Assembly: GCA_036676395.1 (NCBI GenBank)
Contig: JAKFCY010000002.1
Location: forward strand, 2,624,001 to 2,688,000
Direction: 5' to 3'
DNA from: Bdellovibrio sp.
Lineage (GTDB): Bacteria > Bdellovibrionota > Bdellovibrionia > Bdellovibrionales > Bdellovibrionaceae
Length of the DNA stretch: 64,000 bases
The position numbers and the translations under genes are program-made. The notes beneath the pieces were generated by a model. That model ran no database searches and was not told the DNA's origin. It was given only the letters and a program-made list of their open reading frames with translations. Shown in pieces: positions 20,971 to 28,976 of the stretch. How positions within the stretch are numbered: position 1 is the stretch's first letter; each line of letters opens with the position of its first letter.

Positions 20971-21777
20971 TTATGGTTTTACATTTTCCTCTGGCGCAGC
21001 AGCTTCTTTGTCGGCTTTAGGTAAGCTTGTAGGCAACCTGTAGCCGGCATATTTTTCTGCAAAAGCCTGAGCTTTTTCTGTTTTAATTAAATTAAGAATT
21101 TCAGCTGCGCTTTTCTTTTTCATGCGGCTTAAAATATCTATCACTAAATCTTCATCCATAGTTTCAAAGATTTTTGCGGCTTGGTTTGGTTTCATATTTG
21201 TATAAACCTGAACCAATGTGTCAACTTTACCGTCATCTGATTTAATACGATCTTGCAACATAGATGAAATTTTAGTGCGGTACTCTTCAAGCTCAGATAA
21301 TTTTTTCTCGATAGCTACTTTTTGCGCTTCGATTTCTGCAGCTTTTTTATTTAACTCTTCTTCGCGGGCGTCTAATACACGTTTACGCTCAGTTAATTTA
21401 TAAATGTAATCTGAATCATCTTCAACTTCGGCACGAATCGTACCTGAAGCCGGTGCTACAGCTGCCGCGACAACCGGCGCAGCAGGAGCTGCTGTTGCCG
21501 CTGGAATTGTTTCAGCTTGTGCCACGCCTAAGCCAATTTCAATTTTTTGCAATGTTGATTCAATTTGGTCAAAATTTTCAATTGCTAAAAACAAACCTAA
21601 TCCGCAAAAGATAAAAATGGCAAATTGCACGATTGGAAACTTACGCACAGGCTTTTTATTTTTTTTCGTTTGCATATTTTCACGAAGCTTCGGCATAGAA
21701 ATAGTTTTAGCTGGCGCTTGTGTTTGCGCATTTTTTTTAGCTTCTTTGAAAAATTGATCGTAACCATTTCGTTTCAT
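20971..21777 (-). CDS. MotE/YlxF/FlbB-like flagellar protein (MgtE N-terminal-like domain)
   Basis: TM helix, coiled coil, YTNMKPNQAAKIFETM...ILSRM...AAEIL motif. Confidence 0.8.
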   Translation of the reverse strand: MKRNGYDQFFKEAKKNAQTQAPAKTISMPKLRENMQTKKNKKPVRKFPIVQFAIFIFCGLGLFLAIENFDQIESTLQKIEIGLGVAQAETIPAATAAPAAPVVAAAVAPASGTIRAEVEDDSDYIYKLTERKRVLDAREEELNKKAAEIEAQKVAIEKKLSELEEYRTKISSMLQDRIKSDDGKVDTLVQVYTNMKPNQAAKIFETMDEDLVIDILSRMKKKSAAEILNLIKTEKAQAFAEKYAGYRLPTSLPKADKEAAAPEENVKP

Positions 21778-22223
21778 GCTTTTGTCGTCCTAACAAAACG
21801 AGTTGATGAAATTTCATCTAACTCTTTAGCTTCTTTATCTCTTACATCTTGTAAGAAATCGGCTTTCTTTTTCTCTTTAAGCCTTTCCATTATCTTAACC
21901 TCAATTAGCGCATCTTTCAAAATTTCACGTCTGGACTCGACTACTTTTTCGATTTTTAACAGACGTTCGTTCTGATTAGCTATGCGGAGGTCTTGGCCAA
22001 TAAGAAAACCGTTAATCTGATTAACCTGTTCTTGCCAGCCGCTTGAACTGCCCACCAGGCTTGATCTTTGCGCTAGACTGCGAGTTTTGATATCTAACAT
22101 TTCTTGTAATTTATTTTGTTCTTCAACTAAAAAGGCCTGAGCTTCCAGATAATCTTTGCGTGCCAAATCCATCTTGATATGGCGATGATCTAAAACTTTT
22201 TGCATCGGAAATTTATACTTCAT
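21774..22223 (-). CDS. fliJ: Flagellar export protein
   Basis: KYKFPMQKVLD N-terminus, KIMERLKEK and KELDE motifs; follows fliI. Confidence 0.88.
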   Translation of the reverse strand: MKYKFPMQKVLDHRHIKMDLARKDYLEAQAFLVEEQNKLQEMLDIKTRSLAQRSSLVGSSSGWQEQVNQINGFLIGQDLRIANQNERLLKIEKVVESRREILKDALIEVKIMERLKEKKKADFLQDVRDKEAKELDEISSTRFVRTTKA

Positions 22224-22255
22224 AACCCTAACATCCTGTTAAGTGATTATTTTTA

Positions 22256-23575
22256 TTAAGCGCCAGCAGTGATCTGCTGCATCGTGCGCAGACACTGAGT
22301 CATCGTTGCTGAGTCTTCAGTTTTTTGCTTTAAAAAATCGTTGATCTGATCAATGACTTTTACGGCTTTATCAATTTTTGGATTTGCACCGGTCTTGTAA
22401 GCACCAATATTAATTAAATCTTCAGCTTCTTTATAAGTTGCCATAAGTTCACGAATTTTTAAATTCATGCGCATATGATCTGTGTTCGTGACGGCTTTCA
22501 TCACACGACTTGCACTTTGTAGAATATCAATCGCCGGGTAATGACCACGCTGGGCTAATTGACGTGTTAATACAATGTGGCCATCCACGATTGAACGCAC
22601 ACAATCTCCGATCGGATCATTCATATCATCACCATCAACTAAGGTTGTATAAAATCCGGTGATTGAACCCGCGCCTTCAAAATTACCTGCGCGCTCTAGT
22701 AATTTTGGTAAAGTCGAAAACACACTTGGTGTATAACCGCGTGTTGTTGGCGGCTCGCCAATAGATAAACCAATTTCACGCAAGGCCATTGCAAAACGTG
22801 TTACTGAATCCATCACTAATAAAACATTTTTATTATTCTTTGCAAAATATTCGGCAATCGCTGTAGCGACATACGCCCCGCGCATACGTAATAACGGGCT
22901 TTGATCACTCGTTACACAAACCACAACGGTTTTTTTCATGCCTTGTTCGCCAAGTTCATGCTCGATAAATTCACGAACCTCGCGGCCCCGCTCACCGATA
23001 AGCGCGATCACGTTCACATCAGCTTCGGTATTTTTTGCCATCATACCCATTAACACTGACTTACCAACACCTGAACCGGCCATAATCGCGACACGTTGTC
23101 CGCGACCGGCAGTTAATGTTGCATTAATTGCGCGCACACCTACATCTAAAGGTTCACGAATCGGCTGACGATGAAGTGGATTAACCACCTCTGCGTATAA
23201 TGGAAACTCTTTAAAATTTTCAATCGGTAATTGATCATCAATAGGTAAACCCATGCCATCAACAACACGGCCTAAAAGTTCATCGCTGACCTTAACAGTG
23301 GCGATCGAACGTGAAAGAGTAATTTTACAACCTAACGAAACCCCGCGCATTTCATGCAAAGCCATCATCAAAACCTGACGGTCTTTAAAACCAACAACTT
23401 CTGCTAATAACGGTTTTGATGAATGAGGAGTTTCAATACTGCAGATACTTCCAACAGAAGCCCCCGGAAGAAAGCCTTTAATTAACAGGCCCGTAACTTC
23501 TGTCACCTTACCGCTATCTTCGGTTAAGTGACAGTTTTTGATAATTTCTTCGTATTTCTCAAAGTTTAATTTCAC
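22256..23575 (-). CDS. fliI: Flagellar export ATPase
   Basis: AGSGVGKS, ALIGERGREV and DSVTRFAMA motifs. Confidence 0.96.
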   Translation of the reverse strand: MKLNFEKYEEIIKNCHLTEDSGKVTEVTGLLIKGFLPGASVGSICSIETPHSSKPLLAEVVGFKDRQVLMMALHEMRGVSLGCKITLSRSIATVKVSDELLGRVVDGMGLPIDDQLPIENFKEFPLYAEVVNPLHRQPIREPLDVGVRAINATLTAGRGQRVAIMAGSGVGKSVLMGMMAKNTEADVNVIALIGERGREVREFIEHELGEQGMKKTVVVCVTSDQSPLLRMRGAYVATAIAEYFAKNNKNVLLVMDSVTRFAMALREIGLSIGEPPTTRGYTPSVFSTLPKLLERAGNFEGAGSITGFYTTLVDGDDMNDPIGDCVRSIVDGHIVLTRQLAQRGHYPAIDILQSASRVMKAVTNTDHMRMNLKIRELMATYKEAEDLINIGAYKTGANPKIDKAVKVIDQINDFLKQKTEDSATMTQCLRTMQQITAGA

Positions 23576-23578
23576 TTT

Positions 23579-24379
23579 TTATGTCCCATCATCATCTGAT
23601 GATTCTAAAGAGTCTTTAACTTTAGGAGTTGCTGCTGATAATTCTACCCAAACTTTTTTGAAGCGCTCAGCAATACGTGCATCGATTGCACCATAGTTCG
23701 TTTCAACAATACAACCACCCGGTTGAATTTGATCCGAAGCTTGTAATTTAATATTTTCTAAAAATTCATAATTTTCATTATCGCTATTTTTATATGTCTC
23801 TAAAAACTGCACTTGTTCAGGAGCTACAAGCACTGTCACTTCTTCTTCAGCTTGCGCCGTGTGAATGGCACGACGAACCACTTCTAAAACGATCTCAGGT
23901 TTTTGCTCGATATGATCGTAAGCCAGTTTTTCGGCGATTTGATAAATCAAATTAAGAATATGAGCTTCATTATTTGAAATTAAATCTGGTTTTAGACTTT
24001 GAACAGATTGTAAAACTTCGCTTAAATCCAATAAACCACGATCAATTTCGTTGTTTCTTTTTTCTAAAGCTGCTTTGTAGCCTTCGTCTTTACCTAAAAG
24101 ATAACCTTCGTCATACGCTTGTTTTTGAATAAGCGCGATACGTTCTAATACTTTTTGTTCAATGCGGGCTTCTTCGGATTGTTTTTCGATTTCTTCTACG
24201 CCGGTTGTTGCACGCAAAACATCACTTAATACGAAATCCGAACCATGTTTTTTACGTTCTAAATAATCAAGGGCCGCGCCGGGAGTTCCCAGCACGAATT
24301 CGCGCGGCTGATACTCAAGTACCGTAGTATTTTTCTCAGCTTCGTCAGTCTTAGACTTGATCAGATTAGACCATCGCAT
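23579..24379 (-). CDS. fliH: Flagellar assembly protein
   Basis: AYDEGYLLGKDEGY GxxxG repeats and PGGCIVETNYGAIDAR; start inferred. Confidence 0.9.
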   Translation of the reverse strand: MRWSNLIKSKTDEAEKNTTVLEYQPREFVLGTPGAALDYLERKKHGSDFVLSDVLRATTGVEEIEKQSEEARIEQKVLERIALIQKQAYDEGYLLGKDEGYKAALEKRNNEIDRGLLDLSEVLQSVQSLKPDLISNNEAHILNLIYQIAEKLAYDHIEQKPEIVLEVVRRAIHTAQAEEEVTVLVAPEQVQFLETYKNSDNENYEFLENIKLQASDQIQPGGCIVETNYGAIDARIAERFKKVWVELSAATPKVKDSLESSDDDGT

Positions 24380-25400
24380 CTTCAGAGCTTCCTCTTGCAA
24401 TAATTAATTTACCTTCAGCTTCTAATCTACGCGCAACGTTGACGATCTCTTGCTGTGCACCCTCTACGTCTGATAGACGTGCAGGTCCCATATTTGCCAG
24501 ATCTTCACGTAACATTTCTGCCGCACGAGCTGAAATATTTTTAAATACTTTAGCTTTGATATCTTCATTCGCTGTTTTAAGAGCAAGAAGTAATCTGTCA
24601 TTAGGGCATTCTTTAAGAAGCAATTGAATACCGCGGTCGTCGATTTTCGCAATATCTTCGAATACGAACATAAGTTTGCGAATCTCTTCTGCCAGTAATG
24701 GATCTTTTTCTTCTAATCTAGACATGATCGTTTGTTCAGAAGATTTATCCATAACGTTAAGCATTTCAGCCACTGGTTGTACGCCACCAAGAGAAGATTG
24801 TTCAACTGTTGAAGTCGCAGATAATTGTGCTTTTAACACGCGATCGATTTCGGCAATAAGCTCGGGATCAACGTTATCTAAATGGGCCATACGAAGTACA
24901 ACTTCGGCCTGTAGACCTTCTGGTAAACGGCGTAATACATCACCTTTTTTCTCAGGCTCTAAATGGGCTAAGATTACCGCTACTGTTTGTGGATGCTCAT
25001 TCACTAAGAATGTTGATAATGATTTCGCATCAACCATTTCTAATGATTCAAGCGTTCTACCACCACCCGAGCTGATATTTAAACCACCTAGGATACCACG
25101 GGCACGTTCTTCACCTAAAGCTTCAACGATTGATTCTTTGCTTGAAGTACGGTCAGAGAAAATGAATTCATCAGACTCACTGATGGTTTCATAGAACTCT
25201 TCTAACACGCGTTTAGTCACGTTCACTGGAACAATTTTAAATTTAGTCATTAAATGGATTAATTTTCTGATATCAGCATCATCCATTTTTTTAAATAGAA
25301 TACGAATAGCATCTTGGCCTAAGTAGTTCACCAGGATGGCCGCTTTATCAATACCGCGTAGAGTGTCATAATCTAAATTTTCATATTTCGACATTTTCAT
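24366..25400 (-). CDS. fliG: Flagellar motor switch protein
   Basis: KAAIL, EHPQTVAVIL, MFVFEDI and VEGAQQEI motifs. Confidence 0.96.
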   Translation of the reverse strand: MKMSKYENLDYDTLRGIDKAAILVNYLGQDAIRILFKKMDDADIRKLIHLMTKFKIVPVNVTKRVLEEFYETISESDEFIFSDRTSSKESIVEALGEERARGILGGLNISSGGGRTLESLEMVDAKSLSTFLVNEHPQTVAVILAHLEPEKKGDVLRRLPEGLQAEVVLRMAHLDNVDPELIAEIDRVLKAQLSATSTVEQSSLGGVQPVAEMLNVMDKSSEQTIMSRLEEKDPLLAEEIRKLMFVFEDIAKIDDRGIQLLLKECPNDRLLLALKTANEDIKAKVFKNISARAAEMLREDLANMGPARLSDVEGAQQEIVNVARRLEAEGKLIIARGSSEDAMV

Positions 25401-25403
25401 AGA

Positions 25404-27053
25404 TTATTCCTTTCTAGAGACCCACATGTTGATAGCACTTGCTGCTTTTTCTTCATCTTTGGTCACTAGATTCATAATACGGTCTTTTAATAATTCAGAT
25501 TCAGCTTTATCCGGATCAACCGAGTCTTGTAACATTGGTAAGACTCCACCTAAACCAGGTAATGTATTATCAACGGCTTGTAGTTCTTCTAATTCTTCAA
25601 TCGTGCGCGGTAACATATCTTCAACAGAATCTGTGAATGAATCTGTAACCCATTGCATGAATGGACGAACCACTAAGAAGAAGAAAAGCATTAATGCAAA
25701 ACCTAACAAACCCCATTTAAATAAAGACTGAATAAGTTTTTTCTTTTCTAAGCTAGTAAGCAATGTTTCGCTCTCGTTAAAGTCTTCAACTTGAAATTGA
25801 ATTGATTCAATCTTAACACTGTCTCCGCGGGCTCCGACAAAACCAATCGCACTTTTTACTAATGATTCATATTTTGCGATCTCTTCAGGAGTTCTTGCAT
25901 CCCATTTTGTAACTGGTTTACCATCTGCTCCAACAGTTGTTGTAGCTACACCATCGACTAAAACGGCAACGCTGATTTTTTCAACCGCACCGGCAGCTTC
26001 ACGCACGTTACGAATAGTTTTTGGCACTTCGTAAGTCACAGTTTTCAATTCTTTGCGAACATCTTGTTTAAAACCAACACTGCCTTGGTTGTCTTCAGAT
26101 CCCGGCACATTCGCACGCGATCCCGGAACACCCGTTGGATTTGTGCGTGACCCGTCTAATGACTCTTCATTCGTTGTCATACTGCGAGTGGCTGTTTTAT
26201 CCGGATCAATAATTTCTTCAACCGAAGAAACAACTCTGTGGTTAATTGTCGCATCAACTTTAGTTACGATGCGGCCTGCTCCAACAACTTTTGATAAGAT
26301 AGAATCAATTCTTTCTTCTAAAGCTTTTTCAACTTGCGATTTAAGCTCCATAATTTCATTTGAAGCGCCTAATGCGCCATCAGATTTTTTAGATAACATA
26401 CGACCGTGTTCATCTAACACAGTTACTTTTTCTGGATCCATGCCTTCAACTGCATTCGCGATTAAATAACGAATACCGCGAACTTGTTCAGGTGATAATT
26501 GTTTTCCTGAATTAAGAGCTACAACTACCGAAGCTGACGGCGGAGTTGATTCATCCATCATTGTTTTCTTCTGTGGTAACGCTAAAATCACTTTTGACTG
26601 CTTAACCGCAGTCAACGTGTTAATCGCACGCATTAATTCGCCCTGAAGAGCTCTTTGGTAATTAATTTTTTGCGAATACGTATTAGCTCCGAAATTTTCT
26701 TTTTCAAAAATCTCTAAGCCAATGCTACCCATATTGGTAGAGCCTACTTCAGTTGATAATTGCATTAATGTCGCATGCAAAAATTCTTTAGGTACCGTGA
26801 TTGTAGAACCATCTTCCATTACACGGTACGGAATCTGTTTTGCATTTAATTTTCCAATGATTATGGGAACTTGATCTGCGGCTACGTTTTTAAATAAAAC
26901 TTCGTAGTCTTTTCCTGAAGCCATAAAGAAAACAAAACCAATCGCCATTACAACGATTAATCCTGAAGCAACAAAGGCCATACGCTTGGTTGGCCCAAGC
27001 GACTTATAGAATTCATTCAACTGGGCAATTAGCCCACCAAACAACTTAGTCAC
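25404..27053 (-). CDS. fliF: Flagellar MS-ring protein
   Basis: YQRALQGELMRAI, PSASVVV and PTGVPGSRAN motifs; two TM segments. Confidence 0.95.
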   Translation of the reverse strand: MTKLFGGLIAQLNEFYKSLGPTKRMAFVASGLIVVMAIGFVFFMASGKDYEVLFKNVAADQVPIIIGKLNAKQIPYRVMEDGSTITVPKEFLHATLMQLSTEVGSTNMGSIGLEIFEKENFGANTYSQKINYQRALQGELMRAINTLTAVKQSKVILALPQKKTMMDESTPPSASVVVALNSGKQLSPEQVRGIRYLIANAVEGMDPEKVTVLDEHGRMLSKKSDGALGASNEIMELKSQVEKALEERIDSILSKVVGAGRIVTKVDATINHRVVSSVEEIIDPDKTATRSMTTNEESLDGSRTNPTGVPGSRANVPGSEDNQGSVGFKQDVRKELKTVTYEVPKTIRNVREAAGAVEKISVAVLVDGVATTTVGADGKPVTKWDARTPEEIAKYESLVKSAIGFVGARGDSVKIESIQFQVEDFNESETLLTSLEKKKLIQSLFKWGLLGFALMLFFFLVVRPFMQWVTDSFTDSVEDMLPRTIEELEELQAVDNTLPGLGGVLPMLQDSVDPDKAESELLKDRIMNLVTKDEEKAASAINMWVSRKE

Positions 27054-27054
27054 A

Positions 27055-27381
27055 TTATACCTGCATTCTCATGATTTCTTGGTAAGCATCGATAATTTTA
27101 TTTCTGACTTGAACCATCGTACGTAATGCGATGTCAGCTTTCTCTGCTGATAACATAACGCCAGCGATATCATCTGTTTTGCCAGTCGCAAGCTCTTGCA
27201 TCTTAACATCAGATTCTTTTTGTACTTCATTCACTTTGCCAATGGCTTCAGTCAATGTTTCAGAAAAAGTTTTTCCTGCTTCGTTTGTTTGTGCTGCTTT
27301 ATTTAAATCTGCAAGAGAACCAGCAGTTGTACCGCCAGCTTCAACAAATCTATTCGCATTTGAGATATTTAAACCATCCAT
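27055..27381 (-). CDS. fliE: Flagellar hook-basal body protein
   Basis: VQVRNKIIDAYQEIMRMQV C-terminus; start at 27381 after GGAG. Confidence 0.93.
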   Translation of the reverse strand: MDGLNISNANRFVEAGGTTAGSLADLNKAAQTNEAGKTFSETLTEAIGKVNEVQKESDVKMQELATGKTDDIAGVMLSAEKADIALRTMVQVRNKIIDAYQEIMRMQV

Positions 27382-27463
27382 GGTTACTCCCAATTTCTTA
27401 GGCCTACGCGGCCCGGCCTTGTCGGCCACGTCCCGGCAATAATTGCTGGGCGTGTTACATTAA

Positions 27464-27907
27464 TTATCTACCAATTTCCAATGCACTTAAAGCCATATCT
27501 TTAGTTGCCTGCACAGCCTGTACGTTAGCCTCGTACGACCGTGTAGCTTGTATCATGTTAGTCATTTCTTCCATCAAGTTGATATTCGGGTAAGCGACGA
27601 ATCCATCTTCGTTCGCGTCTGCGTGTCCAGGCTCGTATTTCATGATAGGACCGCGTTTATCGTAGATGACATCAGTCACCTGGACCCGGTTTAAATCTTT
27701 TGTCGGATCATTAACCCCAACGATATCACCAAACGTCTTACCGTCTGGCATTGCCTCGAAAACCACGTCTTTACGGCGGTACGGGCCACCTTCTGGAGTT
27801 TTTGTCGTATTAATGTTGGCAATATTTGAAGAAATAGTATTCATGCGCGTGCGTTGCGCTGCCATACCACTTCCGCTAATTCTAAAGCCCGATAAAAAAT
27901 CTGACAT
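27464..27907 (-). CDS. flgC: Flagellar basal-body rod protein
   Basis: SGMAAQRTRMNTISSNIAN, GGPYRRK and RSYEAN motifs. Confidence 0.96.
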   Translation of the reverse strand: MSDFLSGFRISGSGMAAQRTRMNTISSNIANINTTKTPEGGPYRRKDVVFEAMPDGKTFGDIVGVNDPTKDLNRVQVTDVIYDKRGPIMKYEPGHADANEDGFVAYPNINLMEEMTNMIQATRSYEANVQAVQATKDMALSALEIGR

Positions 27908-27909
27908 AA

Positions 27910-28278
27910 CTATCTACCTTCGCTAATTGCGTATCTTAGCGCCGCCATTTTTTTGTTAATTAATTGTAATGCTGACTTATACAAAATCGAGTTTTCTGCC
28001 AACGCTGACATTTCTTTTTCCATATCGACACTGTTGCCATCGTTGTTCACAGCGGCTTCAGGGTTATCGAAAACTTCTGCATTCACAGGCAAACCACCTT
28101 CAGCCGTACCACCAATTTCTAAAGATCTTGCCAAGGCCTCTTCAAATTCAACTTTTTGCGCTTTGTAACCAGGCGTTTCGTGATTGGCAATATTACTTGC
28201 TGTCACATTGTGCTTGATTTGGCGCATGCGGATCGAAGTTGCAAGAGCATCTGTTGTTTTGTCGAACAAATTACTCAT
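27910..28278 (-). CDS. flgB: Flagellar basal-body rod protein
   Basis: ASNIANHETPGYKA and DGNSVDMEKEM motifs. Confidence 0.95.
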   Translation of the reverse strand: MSNLFDKTTDALATSIRMRQIKHNVTASNIANHETPGYKAQKVEFEEALARSLEIGGTAEGGLPVNAEVFDNPEAAVNNDGNSVDMEKEMSALAENSILYKSALQLINKKMAALRYAISEGR

Positions 28279-28976
28279 AGGTAACCCTCCTGGCGGTATT
28301 GGTTGAGTTTATTTCTTAAGGTACGAATAGAAATTCCAAGAATCTCGGCAGCTTTTGTTCTATTTTGCTGGGCGAAAAATAATGTTTGCAAAATGTACTG
28401 GCGCTCGACGTTTTCTAATTTTAAACCTAATGAAAAAGACAAGTCGCGGTTAGATTCTTCTAATTTAAGATCTTCTGGCTCGATCACATTTTTTTCACAA
28501 ACTTGCACGGCCTGCTCTAAAGCACGCTCTAGTTCAGGAAATTCGCCAGGCCATCTGTAAGCCAGAATTTTTTCTTTAGCTTTTTCAGAAATTAAAATTC
28601 TGCCTGAACCATTCATTAAAGCATGCACTTGAATATGAAATTCAGCTAAAGCAATTAAATCATCTTTTCGTTCAACCAATGACGGCATCTGAATTACAAA
28701 AATGTCGTCATCAGTTTTTACATCATCCATATCAAGGCAAATATAAATTTTGTGATCTTCGATAATTGAAAGCTCGCTTAATTCTACGATTTCAAATTGC
28801 GAAAGCTTAAAATTAAGTTTTTGCAAATGCAGAGCTAAGGTTTTACGTCCAGAGCCTTTAGCTCCTTTGATCACTACGGTTTTATAATCACCGATTGATG
28901 GGTTACCAAGTTTTTGCACTATGTTGACCATGACTTGTGAACTGCAGTTCACTGAATTAAACTCTGCAAAACTCAT
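28275..28976 (-). CDS. Truncated/degenerate sigma54 enhancer-binding-like protein with a Fis-type HTH
   Basis: GAKGSGRKT, PSLVERKDD, YRWPG..ELE and NRTKAAEILGISIRTLRNKL present; no receiver domain and no GAFTGA. Confidence 0.8.
   Translation of the reverse strand: MSFAEFNSVNCSSQVMVNIVQKLGNPSIGDYKTVVIKGAKGSGRKTLALHLQKLNFKLSQFEIVELSELSIIEDHKIYICLDMDDVKTDDDIFVIQMPSLVERKDDLIALAEFHIQVHALMNGSGRILISEKAKEKILAYRWPGEFPELERALEQAVQVCEKNVIEPEDLKLEESNRDLSFSLGLKLENVERQYILQTLFFAQQNRTKAAEILGISIRTLRNKLNQYRQEGYL

Noticed and set aside
24439..28560. Many plus-strand ORFs of 60-172 aa within the flagellar operon, and similar antisense ORFs elsewhere
   Set aside because: Antisense shadows of well-supported genes, with no recognisable motifs
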